Shown piece by piece: positions 28,294-38,641 of a DNA stretch of 64,000 bases. The stretch spans positions 1 to 64,000 of the forward strand of contig JBFXJJ010000010.1 of NCBI GenBank assembly GCA_050175015.1, read 5' to 3'. Source of the DNA: Alphaproteobacteria bacterium (GTDB lineage: Bacteria; Pseudomonadota; Alphaproteobacteria; JBFXJJ01). Every line of letters begins with the position of its first letter. Within the stretch, counting starts at the first letter, position 1. The translations under genes were made by a program, and so were the position numbers. The notes under the pieces were generated by a model. The model was not told the DNA's origin. It saw only the letters and a list, made by a program, of their open reading frames with translations, and made no database searches.

Positions 28294-29177
28294 AAAAAGT
28301 AATGTTACCTTTTTATAAAATTTTAAATGTCTTTAAAAATCCTGATGTGGGAAATGTTGCTGTTGTTTTTACAAATGGAGCAGGTAACAATATTTTCCAA
28401 TATATTTATGCTAGATTATTAGCCGATCATTATGGGCTAAATTTATCTTGTGATGGGCTTGATATTTTAGATGTTACTAAAACACATTATAGAAAAAACA
28501 AAAAATTAAAAACGATAAAAATAGGCTTGGAAGAAACTGATTTTCAACAATATTTCAATATTAAAGAACCTTGTAATTTTATTGTTCATACATATCCTGA
28601 GGATTATAGGGTTTATAAGCCACACCTTGAAAAAATACGAAGTTGGTTTGATGAGGTTCCTAAAACTAATGAAGAAGACTTGGTTTTTCATTTAAGATTA
28701 GGAGATAGGCTTTTGTATAAAAGCAGCTATGAAGCTTCTATGAAAGTTGAAGCAGAAGAGTTTGTTGAGGCGTTTGAAATGTTTGATTTTAAACGCCTAC
28801 ATATTGTAACTGATATGAATGTTTGGCATAGAGTAACTCCTAAAGATGTAGAAAAAATGGTTTTTCATATAAATGTTCCTGATAATTTAAAAGTAGATTC
28901 AAGAGTATCGGCAGAATATTTTAACTCACTTTATGATGCGTTTTCTAAATTTGACCCTATAGTTAGAATAGGAAATAGCGTAAAAGATGATTTTAATTAT
29001 ATGAGATCGTTTGATAAAATAATGTTTCAGCATGGAACGTTATCTTGGTGGGCGGCTGCTTTAAGTAAGGCATCTAAGGTTGGTTTTTTTGCACCTTGGA
29101 GATGCAATAAAAGAAATATGGGGCAAACAGATTTTGATGGCTGGTTCGGCTGGGGAACTAATCGTATAAAGTCATAG
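28290..29177 (+). CDS. GT11-like (alpha-1,2-fucosyltransferase-like) glycosyltransferase
   Basis: 'GAGNNIFQY', 'HLRLGD', 'GTLSWWAAALS' match the GT11 motifs; gmd/fcl nearby. Confidence 0.7.
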   Translation: MKKVMLPFYKILNVFKNPDVGNVAVVFTNGAGNNIFQYIYARLLADHYGLNLSCDGLDILDVTKTHYRKNKKLKTIKIGLEETDFQQYFNIKEPCNFIVHTYPEDYRVYKPHLEKIRSWFDEVPKTNEEDLVFHLRLGDRLLYKSSYEASMKVEAEEFVEAFEMFDFKRLHIVTDMNVWHRVTPKDVEKMVFHINVPDNLKVDSRVSAEYFNSLYDAFSKFDPIVRIGNSVKDDFNYMRSFDKIMFQHGTLSWWAAALSKASKVGFFAPWRCNKRNMGQTDFDGWFGWGTNRIKS

Positions 29178-29189
29178 TGAGTATTTGAT

Positions 29190-30302
29190 ATGGAATATAT
29201 CTGGATAGGTTGTGGATTTGGTCATGAACCAGATGAAAATTTTAGGTTGTTGTTGGACAATGGAGTTTGCTGGCAACTAAAGGATAGAACTGACAATACA
29301 ATGTTCCGCTATCTGGAAAAAAAAGAATGTTTTAAAGCTAACATTAAAGATTTTAAAACTAAAAATGAGAATATTTTTTATAATAATACGTGTATAGATG
29401 AAATTTTAATTGGTTGTAAGTATGTTTTTTTTACTATTAAGCCTGAATTAGCTACAAAAAAGACATTAGCAAATGCAATAGCTATTGAAAAACATATTAA
29501 TAACAAAAAACTTCCAATAAAAATTATTAATTCTCCATCTTCGTTTTCTTATCTTTGCCATAAAGATGAGTTTTATCAAGTAATGCCTCAAGATGATGTT
29601 CCAAAATATCATATAATTAATAAAATATCAGATATTGATAATATTAAATTTTCCTATCCCTTTATATTAAAGGCAAATAATTTTTCTAGTGGAAAGGGGA
29701 CAAGTCTTGTATCTTCTAGAAAACAAGCAATTAAATTTTTTATAAAAATGAAGTTTGTTAAATGTTTTGGAGGATATATTTCATTTTTCAGAAATCTTAT
29801 TAGAGCAAAATTTTCATACAGAGTAAAACTTGCTAATTTTATTCCAGATAAAATTATAGCGGTCGAATATTTTAATACCAAACAAACTGAAAATTTTTAT
29901 ATGACGGGGCGGGTTTTTTTTCTAGGAAATAATTTATATTATGCGTATCCTCATATTTCAGCAGATGATTGGTGTGTTCATACGGATCAGGCAAAAAACT
30001 ATCTTCCTAAAAATATTTATAAATTAGCTTGCGAACGTATAAATAAAGCTGTTGTAGCTAATAAAGATAAGTTTTTAAAAGCTCAGAAAAGACTAAATAT
30101 AAGTACATTAGCGTTTGATTTTCTTATAACAAAAGAAAATAGAATTAAGATTTTAGAACCAGAACTAAAGTATGGATTAGATAAAAACTTTTTAAAGGGA
30201 CAAGAAGAAGTGTATGCACTTGATCAAAAACATATTGATTGGATACAAGAAAGTATAAAGGCTAAACCAATAGTTTCGTTCGATAGTTTGTTCTTGCAAT
30301 AA
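29190..30302 (+). CDS. ATP-grasp fold protein
   Basis: 'YPFILKAN..SSGKGT.LV', 'AVEY', 'AFDFL...ILE'. Confidence 0.65.
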   Translation: MEYIWIGCGFGHEPDENFRLLLDNGVCWQLKDRTDNTMFRYLEKKECFKANIKDFKTKNENIFYNNTCIDEILIGCKYVFFTIKPELATKKTLANAIAIEKHINNKKLPIKIINSPSSFSYLCHKDEFYQVMPQDDVPKYHIINKISDIDNIKFSYPFILKANNFSSGKGTSLVSSRKQAIKFFIKMKFVKCFGGYISFFRNLIRAKFSYRVKLANFIPDKIIAVEYFNTKQTENFYMTGRVFFLGNNLYYAYPHISADDWCVHTDQAKNYLPKNIYKLACERINKAVVANKDKFLKAQKRLNISTLAFDFLITKENRIKILEPELKYGLDKNFLKGQEEVYALDQKHIDWIQESIKAKPIVSFDSLFLQ

Positions 30303-30346
30303 GATATGTTCTTTAGCCAAGCATTTAAAGTTAGGAAAAATTTAAT

Positions 30347-31006
30347 ATGAAATTTGATACGAATTTAACGTACGATACTAGAGAGAATAAATCTAAGTAT
30401 ATCTGGGAAAAATATCAAACAATCTTAAAAGGAAAGATATTAGATGTTGGTGCAGATGAATGCGTTTTAAAAAAACATCTACCTAAAGATGTTGAATATA
30501 CAGGAATAGGTTTAGGGGGCTCAGTTGATATTGAAATTAATTTAGAAAAGGAAGAAATTCCTTTTAAGAAAGATGAATTTGATTGTGTATTATGTTTAGA
30601 AACGCTTGAGCATTTAGACAATTTTCATGCTGTTTTTGATAAGCTTTGCAGCATTACTAATAAATATTTGGTTGTTTCCTTACCTAATCCTTGGCAATCC
30701 TTCATAAATTGCCTTAATAAAGGTAATTATAAGGGGACAACTCTTCCTATGAAATTTTATAATTTGCCTATTGATAAGCCTATAGATAGACACAAGTGGT
30801 TTTATGGATTGCATGAAGCTGAAAATTTTTTGGTTGAATGTGGGAAAAGAAACAGTATGAAAGTTGTTCAAATCGATAGAATTTCTCCTAAAGGAATAAG
30901 AACATTTATTTTAAGAAGTTTTTTATCTTTGGTTGTTCATAAAGATATAAAGGTGAAAGATCTTTTAGATAGTACGTTATGGGTTGTTTTGTGTAAAGAA
31001 GAGTAG
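30347..31006 (+). CDS. Class I SAM methyltransferase
   Basis: 'ILDVGA', 'FDCVLCLETLEHL'. Confidence 0.85.
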   Translation: MKFDTNLTYDTRENKSKYIWEKYQTILKGKILDVGADECVLKKHLPKDVEYTGIGLGGSVDIEINLEKEEIPFKKDEFDCVLCLETLEHLDNFHAVFDKLCSITNKYLVVSLPNPWQSFINCLNKGNYKGTTLPMKFYNLPIDKPIDRHKWFYGLHEAENFLVECGKRNSMKVVQIDRISPKGIRTFILRSFLSLVVHKDIKVKDLLDSTLWVVLCKEE

Positions 31007-31011
31007 TTATT

Positions 31012-31854
31012 ATGAATGAAATTAAAGAAACATCAGATTTGTATGGTACATCATATCAAGAACAGCAGGCCGAAAAATATAGGAACAGAGAAAACAATCA
31101 TTGGAAAGCAAGGTTAGATATTGCTGATGAACTTTATAATAAGTACGTTAAGCCTTCTTTCGAAAGTAAATCAAATAAAGATGTTGTTTTTGTTGATATT
31201 GGCTGTTCTATAGGGACTTTTGCAATAGAATTTGCGAAAAAAGGTCTTAAGACATATGGCATTGATTTTGATAATTCTGCTTTAGAAATAGCTCGGAACT
31301 TAGCCAAAGAAGAGAATGTTTCTCCAACGTTTGTTTGTGGTGATGTTTCTAATTGGAGCGAAAATTTTCCAGAAATAGATATTGCTGCTTGTTTTGACAT
31401 TTTTGAGCACTTGCACGATGATGAACTAGGTTCATTTTTAATAGCTATAAAGAAAAACCTCTCCTCTAGAGGGTGTATTATTTTTAATACGTTTCCAGCT
31501 CAATATGATTATATGTTTTTTGATGACAGCTTATTTAGTAAATTTTTTAAAGTGTTTAAAAATTTAAAGCCAACAAAGTTCTCCAAATTGGTAAGGATCA
31601 TGCAAGCTTTATATGATGTTTATTTATTGTTTAGCCAAGGCGTTACATACCAAGAAAAAATAAAAAAAGCAAAACACTGTAACCCAACAACAAAAGAACG
31701 ACTAACTGACATCTTTGAGCGTTCTGGTTATGAAATAGTTTTTATCGATAATTCAAATCTTTATAATACTGAAATTGAAAAGCAAAATATATTTAAAAAA
31801 CAGCCTATAACTTATCGTAATATTTATGGCGTTGTTAAGCCTAAAAACCCATAA
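31012..31854 (+). CDS. Class I SAM methyltransferase
   Basis: 'VDIGCSIG', 'GID', 'DIFEHL'. Confidence 0.85.
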   Translation: MNEIKETSDLYGTSYQEQQAEKYRNRENNHWKARLDIADELYNKYVKPSFESKSNKDVVFVDIGCSIGTFAIEFAKKGLKTYGIDFDNSALEIARNLAKEENVSPTFVCGDVSNWSENFPEIDIAACFDIFEHLHDDELGSFLIAIKKNLSSRGCIIFNTFPAQYDYMFFDDSLFSKFFKVFKNLKPTKFSKLVRIMQALYDVYLLFSQGVTYQEKIKKAKHCNPTTKERLTDIFERSGYEIVFIDNSNLYNTEIEKQNIFKKQPITYRNIYGVVKPKNP

Positions 31855-32968
31855 GTTTTAAATATTGATCTGCTATATTATTTATATTGTGATGGGCTAT
31901 GGTTAATTTTACTTGCTCTTTAGAAAAATTAGCATTTATAGTTTTGATAATGTTTTCTGCCATTTTATCAGTATCTCCGACTGGGGTTAAAAAGCCGTTT
32001 TTCCCATCAATGATTAACTCTGAAGGTCCACTTGGACAATTTGTTGCAACAGATGGGCAGCCACAGCCTAGCGCCTGAACTAGCATATTCGGCATTCCTT
32101 CATGGAGAGACGAAAGCACGAAGACATCAGCTTTATCCATAAAGGCAAATGGGTTTTCGGTGTATCCCATCAAATCGATTTTATTTTCTATTTGTAAATC
32201 TTTTATTAGCGTTTCAAGGTTTGGTCTTTCAATGCCATCTCCCATAATTATAAGTTTAGCATCTAGTGTTTTTAATACCTTGGAAAAAGCCTTGATAAGC
32301 GTTGGAAAATCTTTTACCTTTGCTAATCTTCCTCCAGATATGACAACAGGCGTTTCTTTGTTTTCGAGCCAGATATGACCTGTCGACAGTTTTGATTTTT
32401 CATCAGAATAACTAGGGATAGGATTAACAATCGTAGTAACATTTTTAATTCCAAATGTGTTTTCTAAATCAAACTTTACGCCATTAGATGGGGCATGTAT
32501 TCCATCAGCAAGAGGGTATAAAACCTTTGAAAAAAGAGGAACAATATATTTATAGGCAAATGAATTATATGTTTTTTTCGCTCCAGAAGGTGTTGTTGCT
32601 TCGCTTATAAATACTTTGCAAGGTTTTCCAAGTATAACATTATATAAGCAGCATAAAAAATTAGCGGTATTAATAATTGAGAAGATTGTTTTTGGTTTAT
32701 CTTTCCTCATATAATTAAAAAGTTTAAATACAGAATGTCTCATTCTCTTTGATTTAAAATCAACAAAGTTAATATTTTTATGCATAATATTAGTATGTGC
32801 GTGAATATCAAAATCTTTGTTTTGAGGGGTCTTTAATGCAACGAAGTCAACAGAATAGCCTTTTTCTGCAATTTTGGATGCAATATCTATCATCACTCTT
32901 TCTGCGCCGCCAAAACCTGCTAAATTAGGAACAATAAAAGCGATGTCTGGCTGTTTTAGTTTACTCAT
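31841..32968 (-). CDS. GT4 glycosyltransferase
   Basis: 'GGAERV', 'GRLAKVK', 'SSLHEGMPN'. Confidence 0.9.
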   Translation of the reverse strand: MSKLKQPDIAFIVPNLAGFGGAERVMIDIASKIAEKGYSVDFVALKTPQNKDFDIHAHTNIMHKNINFVDFKSKRMRHSVFKLFNYMRKDKPKTIFSIINTANFLCCLYNVILGKPCKVFISEATTPSGAKKTYNSFAYKYIVPLFSKVLYPLADGIHAPSNGVKFDLENTFGIKNVTTIVNPIPSYSDEKSKLSTGHIWLENKETPVVISGGRLAKVKDFPTLIKAFSKVLKTLDAKLIIMGDGIERPNLETLIKDLQIENKIDLMGYTENPFAFMDKADVFVLSSLHEGMPNMLVQALGCGCPSVATNCPSGPSELIIDGKNGFLTPVGDTDKMAENIIKTINANFSKEQVKLTIAHHNINNIADQYLKLMGF

Positions 32969-34154
32969 TTTTTAAAAGCTCCAGTATTTTTTTAGTTATG
33001 AATGTATGGCTAGCATATTTTTCAACATATTCACGACCATTTTTCCCCATTTGTTGCCGTTGTTCTTTGTTGTTTATAAGCTCTTGTACGCTTTGGGCAA
33101 ATTCTTTAGGGGCGTTTGGTGGTACTACTGCAAAAGCGTTAGTTTCTTTTGCAAGGTTATCAAGAGGAGATCCTTCATTTGCGGTACAAATTGCAGTTCT
33201 TCCTGAGGCCATAATTAAATATAATTTGCTAGGGACTGCGGAATTAGCCCCTTCAGGTATTTGCGGGACAAGATGAATTGTTCCTTCGCTTAAACTTTCA
33301 TTTAGCTTTTCAATTTTTTCTAGGTCTTTAAAAAAGACATTATCTAATTCTTTAGCTTGTTCTTTGATAATATTTTCTTGGTTTCCTTTTCCTCTAAGTA
33401 TGATTCTTACACCAGGCATAGTAATTTTTAGAATTTTAGCTAAATCTAAAATTTGGTACAATCCTTGCTTGCGGCCAAAATTGCCACTATAAAGCAGAGT
33501 GTCTTTTTCTTTGTCAGGTAAAGGAAAAATCTTATAGGTATTTATATGGGGCGGTAAAATTATAATTGGTTTTTTTATCTTATTTTTTTTTAGTTCTTTT
33601 TTCATTCCTTCGGATAAAGTAATAATTTTATCCGCTTTATTAAATGAAACTCTCTCAACAAATTTTATAATACCACTAAGAAAAGATGCGCCTTTAAATT
33701 TTAGGTTTACACCAAGCTCGGAAGGAATATCGTGGATTATAGTTATATGGCAGCCTTTTTTGGAATAGAAAAAGTTAGCTAAAAAGGGGACAAACATTGA
33801 GGGGCATAAAGAAATAACATAATCATATTTTGTATGTTTGGTAAAAGCTTCTTTAAGAAGCATAACGCCAAAAAAAAATTCAGATATAAGTCTTGCAAAA
33901 ATGCCGCCATTTTTAGTGGGAATAGCTTTTAACCTTTTAATGGTTACATTGTTTATCTTCTCATTGTCCTTTTCTCCATTTTCATATCCATTAAAGATGC
34001 TACCGATAGGATAACTAGGACGGGTTGTTATAACATTAACATCCCAGTTTTCTTTTGCTATGTTTTCGCAAATATCGGTTATAACTGGAGGAGAGCCAAT
34101 CGGTTCAGGGGCATAAAATTGGCTAATAACCAGAATTTTATTTTTTTTGTGCAT
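32961..34154 (-). CDS. GT4 glycosyltransferase (WcaI/WbuB-like)
   Basis: 'QFYAPE', 'PSYP', 'YSGNFGRKQG', 'VPSKL..IMASG'. Confidence 0.85.
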   Translation of the reverse strand: MHKKNKILVISQFYAPEPIGSPPVITDICENIAKENWDVNVITTRPSYPIGSIFNGYENGEKDNEKINNVTIKRLKAIPTKNGGIFARLISEFFFGVMLLKEAFTKHTKYDYVISLCPSMFVPFLANFFYSKKGCHITIIHDIPSELGVNLKFKGASFLSGIIKFVERVSFNKADKIITLSEGMKKELKKNKIKKPIIILPPHINTYKIFPLPDKEKDTLLYSGNFGRKQGLYQILDLAKILKITMPGVRIILRGKGNQENIIKEQAKELDNVFFKDLEKIEKLNESLSEGTIHLVPQIPEGANSAVPSKLYLIMASGRTAICTANEGSPLDNLAKETNAFAVVPPNAPKEFAQSVQELINNKEQRQQMGKNGREYVEKYASHTFITKKILELLKNE

Positions 34155-35061
34155 TTTTTTCTTTTTTGAAATGAATATTAAAAGCCATTTTTAAAATTAT
34201 AAGAGAAAACGCAATAACAATACTTATAAACGAAAAAATAATAAGGACTAGTTTGACGTTAGGAGATGATGGTATTTTTTCTACAGATGGTTTTGAAATA
34301 ACTTTAGAGTGGGGATTTTCAGACATATTAATAAGCATTAAATCCGTTTGTTTGTTAACGAGCAAATTAATTAAAATGTCTTTCATAAAAAGTTTGTTAG
34401 AATTATTAAAACTATTAGAAATAGAGTTTATAGAATTCTCGGTTTCTTCTCTTTGTTCTTCAATATATATTTTATTAGCGGTTTCATAAACATTGGTTAG
34501 GAGCCATAATGCAAACTTAGGATCTATATCTTTTACAGATACTGTTGTAACCCCCATTTCAGAATTTATTTCGATGGTTTTATTTAAGTAGTCAGATAAA
34601 CTGAAGATGTCAAGTTTAGCAGATATAGGCATACCTATAATCTTTTTTATAATATTAACTATAGAGAAAGTAGGTTCAGAAGAAACAAACGCTTGCTCTT
34701 TTTCGTCCCAGTTATTAGCAAAAATCTTTTTCATTAGCTGGTGCTCTTGATCTAGCTTAAGAGCGGTTTCATAAGAACTCATTTTTATAAGAAAAATATC
34801 AAACTCAGAAACTGTTTGTTTTTGAGTTAGTCCAAAATTTGATAACAAACTGCTAGATTGAATGTTTACTTGGGCTTTTTCTCTAGGAACAATCTGCATA
34901 GATGCTTTATACAATATCGGTGATTTTGACAAGTTGTAAGACGCAATAATGAAGAAGAATAAAAAACATAAAGGAAAAAAGTACCAATTTTTAATGATAT
35001 TGGTAACAATTTCTTTTAGGGCAATCATATACGGATCGTCATATTTTGCTTCTTCAGACAT
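34138..35061 (-). CDS. wzz: Wzz-like polysaccharide co-polymerase
   Basis: N- and C-terminal TM helices, 'YKA' after TM1, Pro-rich 'PSSPN' before TM2. Confidence 0.7.
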   Translation of the reverse strand: MSEEAKYDDPYMIALKEIVTNIIKNWYFFPLCFLFFFIIASYNLSKSPILYKASMQIVPREKAQVNIQSSSLLSNFGLTQKQTVSEFDIFLIKMSSYETALKLDQEHQLMKKIFANNWDEKEQAFVSSEPTFSIVNIIKKIIGMPISAKLDIFSLSDYLNKTIEINSEMGVTTVSVKDIDPKFALWLLTNVYETANKIYIEEQREETENSINSISNSFNNSNKLFMKDILINLLVNKQTDLMLINMSENPHSKVISKPSVEKIPSSPNVKLVLIIFSFISIVIAFSLIILKMAFNIHFKKEKNAQKK

Positions 35062-35079
35062 CTCAAATAATTCCTTTTC

Positions 35080-36360
35080 TTATGATGTTTTTTTATACTC
35101 ACTTTTTTTCAAAATAAAAACAAGAAATATTATAAAAGGAATCACACTTCTTGTTATTAAAAAGAACTCTGTTGCCAAATTTGCTAATCCATAATTAAAG
35201 CATGAAACTAAAGCGGCATTAAATAATATAAAATTTTTAGATGTTATCGATAAGTTATAAAATCTTTTTAAAACGACAAATAAAAATAAAAAGAACATTA
35301 CGCATCCTAATAAACCAGTTTGTATAATTAAAGAAGCTATAAGGTTGTCATACCACTTGTTTCCAGCAACAAGGCTTATTCCTATAAAGAAGGGCCCCTC
35401 AAAAACAATTTCATTAAAAGCACTAACAACGCTTCCTACTCGTCCTTTTTCGCTGCCGCCATATGTTAGTATATTAAAAGCTCTATTAATTAATTGGGTT
35501 AACGTATGAGATTCTTGAGAATACCAAATCAAAAAACTGACAAATGCAGCAAAAATTAAAAAGCCCAAAAGAGAGATAAGTAATGTTGATGGACTTATCT
35601 TTAAGTGTTTTTTTCTATAAAAAAAAGTAAAAAAGTTAACTATAAGAAATAATATAAAAGAAAGAGAAAAACTTACAATTCCATTTCTGGAACCCGTTAG
35701 GACAAGAGCTCCACCCATAAGAATTATAACAACTACAGCCGCTATTCTTCCTATCTTTATAAAATTATAACGCCAAGCGATAATAAATTGAATAATAGCT
35801 AAAGAAATGTAAGCACTATAAACATGCCCAGCATGTTTTTGACCACTTTCGATTATTGAATATCTAGTAAAAGGAAAATTGGGTCTTATCTGAGCTCCAT
35901 GGAGCATATTGTGTGTTACAAGAAAAAAATGAATATAAACGAAAAGGCTTGTTACTATAATAAAAAATATGTGTAACTTAATAAATTGGTTAATTCTATT
36001 ATTTGATAAGGGAGCATCTTTTAAGGCAATAAATAAGAGAAAAGGCATAAAAAATTTATAAATGGCACCTAAATTTGTAATTTTTAAATTAGAATAGTGA
36101 GAGGCACCATATCCTAGACTTAGTGCAAATAAAATTGCAAGGATGCATAATATAGCTAAAAGGGCGTCCAATCGTATTTTTCCAAAAAGAAAAGATGAAG
36201 CTAAAGTAATAAGTATTATAACATCAACAGGTCTAACTGTTGCTATTAAATCAAAATTTACCGAATGAAGCGAAATAATTAGAAAAAGGCAAACCTCCAT
36301 TATAACCATATAGAGGCTTTGGCGTTTTTCTTCGTTGCTAATCATTATTTCTTTATCCAT
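35080..36360 (-). CDS. Wzy/O-antigen ligase family membrane protein
   Basis: About 11-12 hydrophobic segments, 'LTGSRNG', 'DN....LIIQTGLLG'. Confidence 0.75.
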   Translation of the reverse strand: MDKEIMISNEEKRQSLYMVIMEVCLFLIISLHSVNFDLIATVRPVDVIILITLASSFLFGKIRLDALLAILCILAILFALSLGYGASHYSNLKITNLGAIYKFFMPFLLFIALKDAPLSNNRINQFIKLHIFFIIVTSLFVYIHFFLVTHNMLHGAQIRPNFPFTRYSIIESGQKHAGHVYSAYISLAIIQFIIAWRYNFIKIGRIAAVVVIILMGGALVLTGSRNGIVSFSLSFILFLIVNFFTFFYRKKHLKISPSTLLISLLGFLIFAAFVSFLIWYSQESHTLTQLINRAFNILTYGGSEKGRVGSVVSAFNEIVFEGPFFIGISLVAGNKWYDNLIASLIIQTGLLGCVMFFLFLFVVLKRFYNLSITSKNFILFNAALVSCFNYGLANLATEFFLITRSVIPFIIFLVFILKKSEYKKTS

Positions 36361-37532
36361 TTAGGTTTAATTTTGTTTATAAGATTAGGGAGTTTTTTTA
36401 ATATTATAACGATAGGTAAAAACAAAGCATCAAAAGGAGACAAATCTCCTGCAAAAAATAATAGTCTTGCAAATCTTTGTTTTAAGTTCAATTTTTTTGT
36501 ATCAGAAATCTTAAAAAGTTTGAACTCAGAACTTTCTTTTATACTGTTTATAATATTGGCATCTTGAGGTTTCATTGTTCTAGAAAAATGAGCAAGCGCA
36601 TTGTTTCCATCTTTGCAAGTTAAAATATATCCATCTTTAAATTCAGATATATTTTTGGCTCCGTACAAATCAATAACAAGATTATCGTTCTTATCTATTG
36701 GTAAAAGATTTCTTATTTTGGAAGATAAAATTTCTCCCCAGCCATCATATATAGCCAGCGATTTTTCCAAGCTTATAAAACTCCATTTCTTTTCACCATA
36801 AAGGAGTTGGTTCTGAAAAGTTGTGGTTGCATAAGCATAATGAGTGCCTCTGTCTCCAAAATTGCTTGTAAGGCTAATTCTTGGATAAACAAAAAATAAA
36901 TCTTGATGAGCCATATATGATACAAACAATTTTTTCCAAGAACTTTCAGCCCAAATTCTAACATTTGAAGGTATTGCGGGGTGGTTCATTGGAATGTTGT
37001 TATCACATTCTTTGAGCCATATTTTAAAAGATTTCCATTGTTTAGATGTCCATGCCTGTCCACAAGAAGATGGAAGCTGCATAAAATAAATGTCTGTTCC
37101 ATCATTGATAGGAGAGAAGGGGAAACCAGCGGTTTCATTGTAGCTTGGTGAAAACAAAGAAATTCCAGCAATTTTTTCATCATTTTGATAATAAGATATA
37201 CAGTTTTCTGCATAATCTGGAAAATATGGTGAAACGTAAAGATCATCTTCAAGCATAATTATAGAACCATACTTATCCGATAAATCTCCAGCCCATAGGA
37301 TATGTTTTCTCAATCCTTTTTGTTCAGAGTGAACAATCACTTCTTTTTCACCATATTGCCAATTAAATTGGTTCGCAACATCTATGACATCTGAGAATTT
37401 TCCAGAATCTATACTTATGATTAATTTGACATCATCATGATTACCAAATTTAGCTTTGGCTAAAGAGGTAAGTAATCTTAAAAGAGCATCGGAGCGATTA
37501 TAAGCTATGACAACTATAGCGGGGAAAGACAT
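36345..37532 (-). CDS. GT-A fold glycosyltransferase
   Basis: 'VIAYNR', 'IISID', 'MLEDD'. Confidence 0.8.
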   Translation of the reverse strand: MSFPAIVVIAYNRSDALLRLLTSLAKAKFGNHDDVKLIISIDSGKFSDVIDVANQFNWQYGEKEVIVHSEQKGLRKHILWAGDLSDKYGSIIMLEDDLYVSPYFPDYAENCISYYQNDEKIAGISLFSPSYNETAGFPFSPINDGTDIYFMQLPSSCGQAWTSKQWKSFKIWLKECDNNIPMNHPAIPSNVRIWAESSWKKLFVSYMAHQDLFFVYPRISLTSNFGDRGTHYAYATTTFQNQLLYGEKKWSFISLEKSLAIYDGWGEILSSKIRNLLPIDKNDNLVIDLYGAKNISEFKDGYILTCKDGNNALAHFSRTMKPQDANIINSIKESSEFKLFKISDTKKLNLKQRFARLLFFAGDLSPFDALFLPIVIILKKLPNLINKIKPKWIKK

Positions 37533-37534
37533 TT

Positions 37535-38641
37535 TTATAAAACTCCAAAAGTTTTTAAATATTGATTGCTAATATTTTCTATTTTATGGCTGGAAACGCT
37601 CGCTATTATTTGATCTTTATCAAAGTTTGTATCGAGAGCAGTTAAAATTTTTTCTGCCATTTTATCTTCATCTCCAACAGGAGTTAAAAAGCCATTTTCT
37701 CCGTCTTTTATTAATTCTGATGGACCGCTTGGACAATTTGTTGAAACCGATGGGCATCCACAAGCTAATGCTTGGAGCAGCATATTGGGCATACCTTCTC
37801 TAATTGATGATAAAACAAATAAATCTGATTTAGCTAAAAATGCAAATGGGTTGCTGATTTGACCGATTAAATCTACGTTTTCTTTTAAATCAAGCTCTGC
37901 AATTAACTGTTCTAGCTTATTTCTATCGGCTCCTTCTCCCATAATAATCAAGTTGACATCTTTTTTGGTTCTAACCTTAGCAAAAGCCTTTATAAGTAAC
38001 GAAAAGTTTTTTTGCTCACACAGTCGTCCGCCTGCGACAATTAGAGGCAGAGCTTTATTGTTAAGCCATTTATGTTCTGCTGGTTCTTGTGATTTTGTTT
38101 GTAAATCGTAAGGAATGGGGTTAGGGATAGTTATAACATTTTTGACATTATATACTTTTCTTAGATCTTCAGCTACTCCCATAGAAGGGCAGATAACCCC
38201 TTTGGTGAATTTATATAAAAACTTCAAAACAACAGCTTTATTTTTACTGTTTTTTTGTTCTGCCTCTACCGATGATGTGTTTGCAACCCTCACAAAAAGT
38301 TTGCCTATTCTTCCTGCAAGAAGATAAGCCAGAATGCATACAATATTGGAGTAGTTCAATGTTGATATTGAAACTTTGGGTTTTCGGCTTTTTAGATATT
38401 GGGCTAGTTTAAAAATACTTTGCCTTAGTCTTTTAGCACCAGGATAAACTATTTCAATTCTAGCATCTAAAACAGATTCATAGATATTTTTGCCATAATT
38501 ATCGGGCCACCTAACCATAACAAAGTCAACATTTAGCCCTTTGCGGGCAAAGGAATTGGCAAGTTCAACAAAAGCATTTTCTGCACCAGAAATAATTTTA
38601 CTTTCGGTAATAAAAAAAGATATATCAGGCTGTCTAGTCAT
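37535..38641 (-). CDS. GT4 glycosyltransferase (paralogue of 31841..32968)
   Basis: 'GRLCEQK', 'SSIREGMPN', 'STNCPSGPSELI'. Confidence 0.9.
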   Translation of the reverse strand: MTRQPDISFFITESKIISGAENAFVELANSFARKGLNVDFVMVRWPDNYGKNIYESVLDARIEIVYPGAKRLRQSIFKLAQYLKSRKPKVSISTLNYSNIVCILAYLLAGRIGKLFVRVANTSSVEAEQKNSKNKAVVLKFLYKFTKGVICPSMGVAEDLRKVYNVKNVITIPNPIPYDLQTKSQEPAEHKWLNNKALPLIVAGGRLCEQKNFSLLIKAFAKVRTKKDVNLIIMGEGADRNKLEQLIAELDLKENVDLIGQISNPFAFLAKSDLFVLSSIREGMPNMLLQALACGCPSVSTNCPSGPSELIKDGENGFLTPVGDEDKMAEKILTALDTNFDKDQIIASVSSHKIENISNQYLKTFGVL

